The translations under genes were made by a program, and so were the position numbers. A DNA stretch of 64,000 nucleotides from Camelus ferus (taxonomy: Eukaryota), in the NCBI RefSeq assembly GCF_009834535.1, contig NC_045707.1, forward strand, positions 52,330,001 through 52,394,000. Reading direction: 5' to 3'. The notes below the pieces were generated by a model that saw only the letters and a program-made list of their open reading frames with translations, had not been told where the DNA came from and made no database searches. Below, piece by piece: positions 51,695 to 63,944 of the stretch (its first letter is position 1; each line of letters begins with the position of its first letter).

Positions 51695-51960
51695 TGTTAT
51701 TTTGGGCAGGATGAGGCTTGGGACCTCTTGCTGTGGTGTTTGCATAGGCTGAGATTGCACCTGGAAAAACAGAATACAAAGAAACTACAAGAAGCTAAAA
51801 ATAACTGCAGACATGCACAGTTGGGGCGAGTTATGGTCAACAAGGTGCACAAAACACTCAACTGCTGTTTCTGAGGTATTGGGAGCAAAATGAGGGGAAT
51901 GGGCAGATCACCCAAGTCGCTCCCTCCTCTCCAGCCTAACCCTGGTCAGCAAAAGAATGA
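51695..51960 (+). mobile_element. BTLTR1-like LTR 5' fragment
   Basis: aagaaactacaagaagctaaaaataactgcagacatgcacagttggggcgagttatgg. Confidence 0.55.
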
Positions 51961-52049
51961 GAAGAGCCCTTTAAACCATTATTCAGTTAAGAAATTTCAA
52001 ACACCATTACCAATACCAGATGGTCACCAAAATGACAGTCTCTCTGCTC

Positions 52050-52260
52050 CTTCTGAGTTAGGTGTCTGTCCTCTATGTTCTAAAAGAACTATGTTGGTGC
52101 ACTTTTCCACTTCACATCATGTTATTGGCTTACCTCCCTCTCCAGTCAATTTAGGAGCAGACTGAAAGCAACATGAAGTCTGTTATTTCTTTATCTTCAG
52201 TGCTTAGCACAAGATCTGGAATATACTGTTTATCAACTATCTGTCAAATGAGTGAGCCAG
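52050..52260 (+). mobile_element. L2 3' remnant
   Basis: ctttatcttcagtgcttagcacaagatctggaatatactgtttatcaactatctgtcaaatgagtgag. Confidence 0.6.
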
Positions 52261-54244
52261 ATTTAGTACTATGATCCTGAGAGACACAAAATAATCAAGT
52301 AAACATCCAAAACCAAAATAAGTATTACTCTAGAGTAAAATCTGAGATGATATGGAAGCACACACAGTTGATACAGTTCCAATTACATGCAAAGACACTT
52401 AATACTGTTTAGCCTATATGTAAATAATGATTTATAGACAAATGTTAATTGTACTTTAGGAATTTTAAAATATTGAAAATAGTTTATTAATGCTTCTGTT
52501 TATTAATTGATCCCTAGTTGGACTCTAGTGAGCTAGAACTCAAGAAATCCAGGAGAGCTGAGGTCTGGTGTGTTTCTGGACCTAGACTAAAGCTGAGTTT
52601 ATGGATGAATATTAGATGATCCTCTCTCAAGATAGGAAATCTGCCAACCTTGGAAAACGACAGGCTGCCATCTCACATCACAGTTCTTCAAAGTTAACTG
52701 ATTTATTACTGACCATTCTTTTTACATAGTTGCAAGGGAAAGCACTGAGGAGAGTTGGGGAGCATCACACCCACAAATCAGTGTTTGCCCCAAGGTGAAT
52801 CCGGACATTTGAAAGAGGCTTATACTGAAGGTAAAGATTAACGTCACAACTTGATTAGGAAATATCCATTGAAGAAAAGTAGAGACACCTAAGTTAAACC
52901 AATTGCTATATTTATCTTAAGTATATTTATCTGTGTATAAAATCCTTGATTCAAATAAATATTCTGAAATCTAGAGGAGATGGCAATTAATGGGCTAGGT
53001 AGATTAAGTGGGAAGTGAAAAGAGTTTCAAGAAAACAGAAAAGTGAGAAAGTTGAGCTTAAGTTTTTGGATTTCACCTTTAAGAGTTTAACAGAATCCCG
53101 ATCTGTATTACTATTAAAAGGCAAAACAGAAGGCAGATGAGTGAGAGTATTAGAATGTCTATCTTAGCATAGAAATGATATTCCAAAATTTTTACCCAAG
53201 AGAATTTTTTTGTTGTTTGTAGAATGATAAAGCTCTTTCTCACCTTCATCTCTGGTGACTGTGGAATAGAGAACTGAGAAATGGCGGGAGTTACGTATGG
53301 TACAGTGAAAAAGAAAATTCACCTTCTCATTTGTGTCAGTCAAGCTAGAGTCATTCTCATGCCTTTCTCCCTTCTAATGTCTAGTCTTGCTTCTGAATCT
53401 TCTGCCAGAGGAAGATGGAAAATATAGACCATTTTTATTACAGTCAAGTTGAGAAATAAAGATTGATTTGCTTAAGATCAGTTAAATTAAGCATGAGGGT
53501 GGGAAGAATTTCCTGTTTCCTAAAATCTGATGCTGATGCTAAGCACATTAAGAATGTTTAAAGTTGCTTAAAGTATTGTGATTTAGAACAAAATACAACA
53601 GTCATATGTAAAGTAACTGTCAACGTTTATAATATCTTTTAATTCATCTTTTCCCTAGAAGAAAATAATTCCAAAGTCTAAGGAACACTGATAAGATTAT
53701 GACTTAGAAAGTATTACTAATGATAAATGATAATGTAGAATTATCTTATTAAGCTTTGTAAATTTGTTTTTTCTGAAAGATATCTAAGAATTATATGCAC
53801 AGAATGTCATCATTTCTTACTAAGCTATATTTTCTTTAATTTTAGGTGGGGTCTTCTAAATCTATTAATGCAAAGTTGTCATGCTTGCCAATAGTAATAC
53901 TCTCACTGGAATAACATAATGTCATTTTAATGCAAAATATAGATTTAAAAGATCCATACAAATGAAAAATGGAACGTAATTTTGAGGTTAGCACATGAAG
54001 TTTGTTAAAGAAGCAAATAGTGAACATATAGGTCTTTATCAAGCAAATAGTGAATCTTAAATATGTCCTTATCAAGTTTATTTTCTATTTGCATAGCCTC
54101 TTATTAGCTACTTGACCTAGTGGGGTGTCACTTAAGAGCTTTAACTACATAGTTGAAATTTTGATTTTTTTTTTTTTTGGATTAAATTGAATCTGGGGGT
54201 TTGCACTCCAAAATATTAACTACCTTCAGAGTTTGAGGACATTT

Positions 54245-54385
54245 ATGCCAAATCAAAAATTTCACTAAGCAAAGTTAAATATGTAAGGAAGACTTTATTC
54301 TAGAATGTTACAGTGGGGATACAGTTAGAATGCAGTATGAAATCAGCTCTGCTGAAACAGGGCTAGAGGGCTTTAAAAGGAATCA
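54245..54385 (-). mobile_element. Old ERV1 LTR fragment
   Basis: aaagttaaatatgtaaggaagactttattctaga...cagctctgctgaaaca. Confidence 0.45.
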
Positions 54386-54539
54386 TTTACTTTTTAATTT
54401 ATGCTTTGAACATGTATTTTAGGAGCACTCTGCCCATTTCTTGATACGAACATTGGATATGCCAATATGGAGCTTAAAATATGGTATTCGTGAATTACTT
54501 ATACCTTTCACGTAATGTAGTGTTAATAAAGATTTCCAA

Positions 54540-54717
54540 AGGGGATGGGGTAAGGGAGAGGGAATGTAGAACGGAAAGAGACAGAGAAACGAGAGAAGAG
54601 AGAGAAGAAAAGGTAAGGAATAAAAGAGAGAGAAGAAAGTCCAAAGACAAGATGAGGAGAGTAAAAGAGAAGGAAGGGGAGGGGAGAGGAAAGGAAGAAG
54701 AGAAAAAGAAGAAAAAT
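54540..54717. repeat. GA-rich low-complexity tract
   Basis: Directly visible. Confidence 0.85.
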
Positions 54718-55585
54718 CAGGACTTTTCCACTTAAATTTATTACCTTCCTCTATGATAAACTCAGTGCACCTGTCAAGACTTCTGCCCCAAAAGACTGAC
54801 GCCTGCCGTCTGTTAGCTGTTCAGCCTAGTCAGCCTTTAGCTTGCTGATAACAATGGTCCAGTGTAGAATTACAGTTCAAGATTAAGCACTCATTTGGTA
54901 ACTATTATTTTTCTTACTTGTCTAACTTTAGTTCTTTCTTGTTAGTTATCAAATATTCTTATGTCTGCTTTTTTAACACATCTCTTTCTGACCAACCTTT
55001 TTTTTCAGAAGTGCCTCAAGCTATGTAAATTTTTATAATCAAATACACTTTTGTGAATCTCTTAAACACATTGTGTCTTTCCTCTGCCTGTCCCATACCC
55101 TGTCATTCTTTCAAAAATGTAACATAAATAAAAATTATAATTATTCATATAAATAGTTGTAATTTTAATGGTTGGTACCAATAAGTATGTGCACCCTCCT
55201 AGACTTTTAATTATTAACCAGTGTAATACACACAATGTCACATGCAAACAATTGTAATTGTCATTTGTATGTAATAATTTTATATACAAGGTATATTTCA
55301 CATATAAGAGACACAAGTGCTTTAAATTAAAACTTCTCAATTGATAAATTCGACTTCCAGTGTTTTAAAATAAATTTCCAAATCTACTAAATGTTGTCTC
55401 AAGATTGTCCTGAATATTACTTGAATTAAACACTACTAAACCATAATAATTTTGAGAATTTTACAATTTAATAATCTCTTTTTGACTGAGAGAAATCAGT
55501 CCTATTGGGTTATTTTTGCATAATCTAGTTTATTTCTACATTGTCCAATAGAATGAATATTTGTAGATAATTTAAAAATTAGTAG

Positions 55586-55961
55586 CATGATAGACTGAAT
55601 GTTATGTTACCCCAAATTTATATGTTGAAATCCTAACTGCCAGTGTGATGTTATTTGGCAGTGGGGCCTCTGGGAAGTAATTAGGTTTAGATGAGGTCAT
55701 GAGGGTGACCCTTATCCACCATGGGATTAGTGTTCATATAATAAGAAGAAGCTAGACCAGAACTCTTTCTCTCTCTGCCATGGGAGGACATAATGAGAAG
55801 GTGACTTTCTATATGCCAGGAAAACTGTTCTCATGAGAAACTGAATCTGCTGGTACTTTGATTTAGGACTTCCCAGCTTCCAGAACTGTGAGAAATAAAT
55901 ATCTGCTCGTTTAAGTTACCCAGAGTATATTTTGTTATAACAGCCAAAACTAAATAAGACA
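55586..55961 (+). mobile_element. Full-length MLT1A-like solo LTR
   Basis: gactgaatgtt...atatgttgaaatcctaac...ggacttcccagcttccagaactgtgagaaataaat...aactaaataagaca. Confidence 0.92.
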
Positions 55962-56526
55962 AGATTATAGATATTTTGATGATTACAGTGAATGGTTAGT
56001 ACAGTTCAATTTAAATATCTTATGATTAACTGAACAATTCATTATATTCTCTACTCTCACTTTCCTTCTTTCCATATTAAACACAGATGTTTTTTGGGCA
56101 CTTTGATACATATTATGCTCTCTGTAGACACTACATGGAGTCACGGAATTTACAGTATTCAATGACTCTTCCACCATAGTTATCTAGGACTAGCCTCCTA
56201 TTTATGTTTGAGAGAAGGGACCAAGGAACATAACTTTTACTATCTCATGGACCTGTCCACTTTTTCTAAGGGAAAGAAAGCAGTAATTGTCTAAATATGT
56301 TTTTATAGACATGTGCTGAACTAACAGCACAGATGGAAGAAAATAATCTACCTTTAAAATACAGGTACACAACTGTAAAAAACTGAAATAAATCAAAGTG
56401 TGAAGTTCAAGGGAAAACTAGGAAATTTCAAATTAATTTTATTGTGGAAGTAAATAATTTTCTCATTCAGATGAAAACCAAATTAACATTTTAAAGATAG
56501 TTAAGTAAAAAAGTGCTTATTAATGA

Positions 56527-56626
56527 NNNNNNNNNNNNNNNNNNNNNNNNNNNNNNNNNNNNNNNNNNNNNNNNNNNNNNNNNNNNNNNNNNNNNNNNNN
56601 NNNNNNNNNNNNNNNNNNNNNNNNNN
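56527..56626. other. Assembly gap (100 N, conventional unknown size)
   Basis: Run of exactly 100 N. Confidence 0.99.
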
Positions 56627-56629
56627 GTC

Positions 56630-57470
56630 TTCTCTCCAGAGGCATCTTCTTTTTAACTATTTCTGTTTGTTGCCACCAGAACTCTAAATAATACACTTAC
56701 GTCTCTATATTTTGGTTTATCCACTGCAGGCATTTTTTATTTCTTCTTTTCTATGAAAGATGAGGGTTTAGTTCAGGTACACACACACGCTAACCCTCCC
56801 ATCTTTCTCCTCCCAGTTATTTGCTTTCCGTTCCTTAAAAGTTAACGTGTATAGTTTTACATAACTTTGTTTACATGCTGTTCTCTATCCTCCCACTTAT
56901 GTCATCAATATTATTTTCTTTCATTCTTTGTGAAATGAGGACATCAGCGTTTCCTTTCACTTTTCCTTCTGTCTCAGCTTACCCTTCCATCTCCCCTTCC
57001 CTGACTGCTGCCCCGTTAGTTCATATTGCCATCGTGCTTAACAGCTACGTTCTGTTCTTTGAACATGGGCAAGTGCTTTGCCAACAGGTTGACCCTAAAA
57101 ACGAAACACAAATCAGCATTCTCATTACAGTGATATAATTATTATTCACTCCTGGACCGAGGATTGAACTAGGATTACATTTTTTTTTTTTTCCTACAGG
57201 TCTAAAGTCACAGTCCTTAGGTCATTCAAATAAGAATGACAAAAGCATCAAGGTTAAACGATTTTTATAGGCTTCTGTCAGTGGTTTAAAGTCATGCCAC
57301 ATTTAATTACTTTCCTTTTAGACCATGACTTTCTTATAATGTTTAAAGCCTGGAGCTCTTAATTGCCTCTTTATTTGTTGCCAAAAACATAATGTTCCTT
57401 TATCGTGTCTTCAGCTTTTCCACTCCTCAGTTAAATCATTACCGAGTATATTCTCTGGTACATCCCCCTC
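56630..57470 (-). mobile_element. Probable HAL1/L1ME remnant
   Basis: Pyrimidine-rich text resembling the recalled HAL1 (aatgaggacatcagcg..., aggttgaccctaaaaacgaaa...). Confidence 0.4.
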
Positions 57471-58316
57471 TTCCAACACCTCTTGGAAGGAATGGGATGT
57501 GGGAGGATTGGGGACACTCTGCCTGCCATGTTGCACCATAAGCTCTTCTCCATTTTTGAAATTTATTTAAAAAAATATAATTTTGTTAAGTGTGATTGTG
57601 ACCAAGAATTATTCTAGGTTCTGAATGATTCCCATGCCAGGCCAGATAACCTCTCTCTCATACTGGACTTTCCCATATTTTCAGTTTGTTAGTCTCTGCA
57701 CCTTCATTTTCTTATCAATAAAATGGGGATAAGAAATTCAAAAGATGTCACAGGATAAATGACTAGAAATTACAATTCTTGGCCTTTTTGTGGCAAGCTA
57801 TATACAAGAGCTATATATAAGGTTATTAAGCTTATAAGAAAATAAAAATAAATTGGTAGAAATCTCCCTGTGAATAGCATAGGGACATTGTAAAGTACAC
57901 ATTATTTTTATTTCTGTGGTAGGGGCCTCCTGATCCTCTGTGATATTCTTTGGACTGGGACACAATCTGATACCAGCTTCAGGACCAAGACTGCCCAGTG
58001 ACTGAGGATGGAGGCTGGAGCCTCAAGTAAGCTTAGGTGCCATGTTGAACCATATGCTTGACCTTTGGCGGGTACAAATGTTCTCTCCTACTTCTCAGGT
58101 CTAGTTAAAAGTCCTTACGGAGGCGTCACACAGGGAGAAGAAAAACTCCTCCTGGACTGTTACAGACTTTCTATATCTCAAAAGGAGCAGAGATCTCATT
58201 AAATCTATAGGATCTTCTCCTCTACTCTGAAGCCAGATTTGGGTTACTCAAAAATTAAAATGATTTGATGGTTACTGCCCACTGTCCTTTCCAGTCTCAG
58301 CTTAAAGATTACTAGG

Positions 58317-58499
58317 TCTTTCTTCCTTCCCTCCTTTCTCTTTCTTTCTCTCTCTCTCTCTTTCTCTCTTTCTCTCTTCTCTCTTTCTCTCTTTCTCTCT
58401 TCTCTCTCTCTCTCTTTCTCCCTTCCTTCCTTCCTTCCTTCCTTCCTTCCTTCCTTCCTTCCTTCCTTCCTTCCTTCCTTCCTTCCTCTCTTCTTTCCT
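58317..58499. repeat. 183-nt pure pyrimidine tract including (CCTT)16
   Basis: Only C/T over 58317-58499; (CCTT)16 at 58421-58484; forms the tail of the adjacent SINE. Confidence 0.95.
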
Positions 58500-58610
58500 G
58501 GTAGGGAGAGGTAATTAGGTTTATGTATTGACTTTAATGGGTCTACTGCGGATTGAGCCCAGGACCTCACTCATGCTAAATGTGTACTCTACCCCTGAGC
58601 TATACGCTCC
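58500..58610 (-). mobile_element. Camelid Vic-1-type tRNA-derived SINE
   Basis: Minus strand ggagcgtatagctcaggggtagag (A box)...gtcctgggctcaatcc (B box)...aaacctaattacctctccc. Confidence 0.88.
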
Positions 58611-59341
58611 TCGACAAAGGTCACCTTCTTAGGGAGCTCCCTCCCGACTCTGTGGACTAGGTTAACTCCCCTTGTAACACACTCTCTGAGTTGGTCAGAG
58701 CCCTTTGCCTTCCAAAGGGCAGATACTCAAACCAAATTTGTTTAAGCAGAAAGGGAATTTCCTGAGACACACAATTGAGAACCATGTAACATTCATGGAT
58801 AAAACCTCCGTGGAAACAGGAGCTGAAGTTATGTCATGCCGTTTGCTGTCTCTCCTTGCCCCTTGCCTTTGCTGCTGCTGCCTATTTCTCCCCCGCCCCT
58901 TTTCCCTCCCTCCTCTTCCTCCTCTTCTTTTTCTTTCCTTCCTCCCTCTTTCCTTCCTTTCTCCCTTTCTTCCTTTTAAAAAACATGTTTTGAGCATTTT
59001 GTACTACTGAAGTTCTATTCAAGTTGACATTAACCTTATAGCCCTCGGTCCTATTAGAGGCAGCAAGTACGCCTTTCTCCCAGATCTGTGTGTCACACTT
59101 CAGAGAAGATGCTAATTGACCTTTCTCATATTAAGCTTCCACCCTGTACCAGTTGTAACCAGGGGAGTGGGGTATACATACTGGATTACCCATGTCTAGT
59201 TCATGTGGTTCGCTCCAGATCTCACAGAACATGTTTTGTTGTCTGGAATGAGGGGCTGTGTTGTCTGAAGAAGGGATGGAGGGTGTTGAGCTTACAAAAC
59301 AACAGTAACCATTTCCGTCAGACCCAATACTTGCTTTCTTT

Positions 59342-60686
59342 CATCTGTGTACCATAAAGCTAACAAAGCTTCAAGCTTCAGGCCCCTTTCCTTGATTGGG
59401 CCTTTTTAAAATTTGCAAAAGTGAAATATTTTAAGTGCCATCCATTAGGACTCATGTCCCCTCTCCTCTGTGTCCCCTTCATGTTGAGCGCCTTTGGGGA
59501 GGCTGCAGGCAGCTTGCTGTAACCGAGCAGAGGTCAGGTCAGGATGCTTTTTAGTTTGCGGCTAATGAGATCGATTTATGGAGTCTGCAGTTACTTATGC
59601 CTATGGTTAAACCATTGTTAGCAATCCCATGATAAACAATGACTTTCAGGTAACTTCTCCCACCCACCCTGCCAGCTCATGGGGTGATGCAGCCTGACAG
59701 TCAGAGCCAGGATTGCATCCATGTTTGGAATGTGCCCTTCAGTACTTGGCACCAGAACTATCCCAGCAATGGATGAGAAGCAAAGTTTGGCATGTGCACA
59801 GCTGAAGGCCCTTCTAGCAAAGAGTCTCCCAAATCTTATACCTCACACAGGAAAGCAACAGATAGAGATCTTCCACTTAGGACACACAATTTTCAAAATT
59901 TTCGTAACATACCCATAAAGAATGATGAAGCTTAGAGAAACAATTAATTAAAAAATAAATTTGAATCCACCATCCTAGAAGAAATACTGAATTATCTGTC
60001 TAGTTCCTCCATGGAAATTATGTTACAAAATTGTCTTCATACAAAGAAGCAGTCACAGAGTATGAGGCCAAATATGTGGGGAAAGAAATATAAATATTAT
60101 AATATTTTCTCCAGGATTTTGTGGTTTGCAGGATTTGTCAGTTTTTAAAAATTTGTAGTTTGTTGTGATTTCCTTACTCATTATTATTATTATTTTTGCA
60201 TTCTTTTTTACTGAAGTGTAGTCAGTTTACAATGTTGTGTCAATTTCTTGTGTACAGCATAATAGTTCAGTCATAATGTACATACACATATTCCTTTTCA
60301 TATTCTTTTCATTATAGGTTACTACATGATATTGAATATAGTTCCCTGTGCTAGACAGTATAAACCTGTTGTTCATCTATTTTATACTATACTGGTTTCT
60401 TTACTCATTCTTAATGCATATTTATTTTTTGCTTTGGAGACAGTACGCAAATCACATTTAATGGGTGCCTGCTTCCGGACCAGACACTGATTTTGCTATT
60501 TTTTAGAATTTGTTTTTTAATTTACACATACTTTATTTGGTGTATTGTTCTGTGAGTTTGACAAACACATAGATATTTACTTGCGTATCTAATTTTGTGC
60601 TTGTAATTTTGTATGTTTTTAAGAGGACATTGCCTCCTTCCCAAATTATGTAAGCTTCCGGCCCTACGAAACTAGAACTTGCTTTG
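59342..60686 (+). mobile_element. Internally deleted Zaphod-like hAT-Tip100 DNA transposon with nested insertions
   Basis: Left end aagctaacaaagcttcaagcttcaggcccc; right end ccaaattatgtaagcttccggccctacgaaac; hAT dimerisation-domain remnant EIFHLGHTIFKIFVTYP ... KNKFESTILEEILNYLS at ~59865-60015. Confidence 0.82.
60183..60392 (-). mobile_element. Camelid-type L1 3' end nested in the Zaphod element
   Basis: ttttactgaagtgtagtcagtttacaatgttgtgtcaatttc...; TSD at 60166-60182 and 60393-60409 (15/17). Confidence 0.9.
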
Positions 60687-62454
60687 CTCAGCTTCCTTGT
60701 TTATTATCTAGCTTTCTTGTTAGACTCTAAGCTTGGTCATTGTGTATTTTCCTCATTTTCCTCATCACTCGTAAGCCAGCACCTAGCACGGTGCCTGGCA
60801 TTTAGAAGATGCTCAGCGTGTACACAAGGGGAACTGTGGACTAGCGGTTCTCCGCAAACTCCTCACTCCTGGGCCATAAGCGGTCCTGTTATGAGGGGTT
60901 TAGCACCACTTGGGCCACTGTGACATGTGTTCCCAGGAATACCGACCGCTGTTTCTGTGGTCCCTTGGGTTGCTGTGTTTTCTTAGTCCTCCTGCTATTT
61001 TTCTACCAGTGGGGTTCAGCATCCACATACCAGGTCTTGGTTACTCCAGCCTTAGTTTGCAGGGTTAGAGTTTTACCTTGGTCCTTCTTCCTGAATTTCT
61101 GACCAGGCCATTTAGGGTCCCAGTTTTCTCTCCAAGTCTGGAGGCTGATTCTGAATTTGCGCCCCATGCACGGAAGGATTTCACAATCTTGGACCAGGCA
61201 GGTCTGCAGAGCTCCTGAGGAGTTGCAGGGGCTGTCTTGTCTTGTCAGGAGGACACATCCTGGTGGTACCTCCCATGTAAGAGGCCGGGTTCCACATGCT
61301 CTTATATGGTCTCTGTCAAGGTGTTCTTATGACGTAGTGAACGAATTCACAACCACCATCCAGGTTATGCCAGAAATGCCACTCCCCTTTGCTAATTCCA
61401 CACTGAACCAGCGACCTGCTTAGCTGGTGGGAAGCTCTGTGTTCTCTTGATGGAGGGTCACTGCACTCTTCTGACCCTCCCTGCAGGCATGGGGTTTTAG
61501 GTGGGGGGAGCTGTTTGGGGAGGCTCTTGCTAGTCTTAGTCTGCACTCTTTACCTGTAATAAGCCCACATGGCACCTTGAAATTGGGAAGCTCAGCCTCC
61601 ATGCTGTGCTCGGGCATGAAAATTTTCACTGGGGCTGAAAGTCTGGGTGTGTCCAAGGTCCAGCCTCGCTGAGCGTACCGCACAGTCATTTCCCCCACAG
61701 TCCTACCAAGTCTTTCCAGCTCTGTGGGGGATGAGGACCCCGTCTCTTCCTTTCTGCAGCGGAATCTCCCTCCTCTCAGCCTTTCCTCCTACCCCCTTTG
61801 GGCACTCACCGTTCTCCCGTCCTCCTCAGGGGGCCAGCGTCATCTCCTCCGTGATCTTAGGTTTTCACAAAAGCTAGGGAGTGGCTGTCTCTCAGGAACT
61901 TGGACTTTCTGCTCTGAAAACACTTTAAAAAAAAAGAGAAAAAACAAAGACCAGGCGACCTTCTTAGGCTAAGAAAGGGAGAAGCTCAGATTCCAAAGGA
62001 CAAAATGCACACTTGTAATTCTTCAGCACGTTAATATCTCAATAAATTATCTTGCCACAACGGTGATTTGGAAGAGTATGTCTCTCCTGGCATCAAATCA
62101 TTCTCGATGTTAACATGGCGAACTCCCCAGTGTTTCTGTGGCTGTAGACGGGGCTAGCCCCTCAATCCCCTTGACTGTGTCAGTAAGGAGATCTCTGCTG
62201 ACTTGGAAAACTTCTTGCAATTACAGCAGTCACAAACCTTCACAGGTAACGTCTGCACAGCTCTGTGGAATGTTCCAGAACTTGTCTCTCAGCATTAAAT
62301 TAGCATTTCTTCAGAACATCACTTCCTAGCCAGAAGTGTTCCTATTCAAAGGCAAGACAATCGAATTCTCTCTGCAAAACAGGCCAGATTACGCTAATGA
62401 ATCTCCCTAGAGGGAAGATTCAGCCTAACTTGAGTTGTCACTAGTAAATCTGGC

Positions 62455-62760
62455 CGCATAAACATTTTCTGGGTGTCTGCTGAGTGCCAGGTGCTGGGGG
62501 ACTCAAGGAGAGAAAGATCCTGAGGAACTTAGTTTAAGGAAAAGATAGCAACACACTTTTTAAATAGGACGTGATAAATGTGGATAAAAGGCCCTGGGAG
62601 CCTAGCAGAAGAGCCAATCGAAAATTCATAGAAGAAATGACCTTCGATCTGGGTTGTGAAGGACGCGTGACTGTTTTGCAGGTGGGGATGAGAGGGAGGG
62701 CAGTCCGGGAAGGAGAGCAGCCAGAGCCAAGGGACCGGGGCAGAGCTTGGCACACTTCGT
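62455..62760 (-). mobile_element. L2 remnant
   Basis: aacattttctgggtgtctgctgagtgccaggtgctgggg...gaaatgaccttcgatctgggttgtgaaggacg. Confidence 0.75.
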
Positions 62761-63299
62761 GTGTGTGGTGTTGTGTGTGTGTGTGCACGCTGGTCGGGGC
62801 TGGTTTGAGGAGGAGAGCGGAAGTAAAGAAGTTTCTCTAAACTGAACCTAGTTTTGTAACTGACACGGAAATCTTTTGCAGAGCTTCTTGAATAATGCTG
62901 TCAGTGCTACTACGGAGGGCGACTCCCGCTACTGTTACCGCTGGTACAGAGCTAGAGTTCGTTGTGCTGTTACTACGTCTGGGGTTAAGTGTGATTATTT
63001 CCATCCTCCTGTCTCTGTGAGTTGTTCTCCTGTTAGCCTCATTTTACGAGTGTTGTTCTCCATATTCTCGCATGTTCCCTTTTGTTCCTGCTAATATTCC
63101 AGGTACCTAAGATGCTCACGATTCTGTGTGACTGACTTATCCCTTCAGTCGTATAGTTTCTGTTTTTTAAAAAAAAATTTAAAGACCAAAAGCTCTGCTT
63201 TGAGGCAAACTGAAATCACCTGGCGTGGTGGCCCCTGAAATCTGTTGCTATACCACTTGATGTTTTGACCTCATCATTTTGATGCTTCTGTTCTGGTTT

Positions 63300-63401
63300 A
63301 TTTAATTAGTTAGTTTTTTCAAATGGAGGCACTGGGGATTGGACCCAGGACCCCATGCATGCTAAGCACGCGTTTTACCACTGAGCTATACCCACCCCCT
63401 A
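63300..63401 (-). mobile_element. Camelid Vic-1-type SINE, short form
   Basis: Minus strand gggtatagctcagtggtaaaacgcgtgcttagcatgcatggggtcctgggtccaatccccagtgcctcca; TSD gttctggttt at 63290-63299 and 63402-63411. Confidence 0.93.
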
Positions 63402-63944
63402 GTTCTGGTTTTGACTTTCAGAACACTTGTTTCTGCTCTTTTGACCCTGAGAACATTTTGAATTCAAGACTTTTAATTAGAATTATATCAACTTAGACGG
63501 ACTTTCCATCCAGAAAGTGTTTTCTGGAGTAAATTCCATTAAGCCAATTTAATCCCTTGATCAATTTTCTCCATAGCACGGTAAACCATTTCCAAAAATG
63601 TTAACTCCACTGAGATTATTTTCATTTCAATCAATTCTTTCCATTTAAAATTTGAAACAAAATTTGATGTATTGATTAGGTATTATCCATAACAAATTTT
63701 ATTGATTCTGGCTTTCTACTTTGTGTAATAGTCCTTATTTCTATTAAGTTTTTTTTTTCTAGGTCAAAATTTGCAGATCTAAATTAAAAAAAAAGTTTGA
63801 TTCTTCTGTCAATTTGTAGTCAATAACAAGTTTTGTTGTGTGCAGTTTTAGCTGTTACCAGTTTTTTTTTAGTGTTGATAATTTATACAGTAATTTAAAA
63901 AATCACCTGTCACAAATTTAATTAAAACAATAAAGCTTTGTATT

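Noticed and set aside
58244..58997. K/E/R-rich ORFs (also 54481-54735)
   Set aside because: Translations of purine/pyrimidine microsatellites.
63330..63399. tRNA-like sequences here and at 58540-58610
   Set aside because: They have SINE bodies and tails, and the 63.3 kb copy has a TSD, so they are Vic-1 SINE heads rather than tRNA genes.
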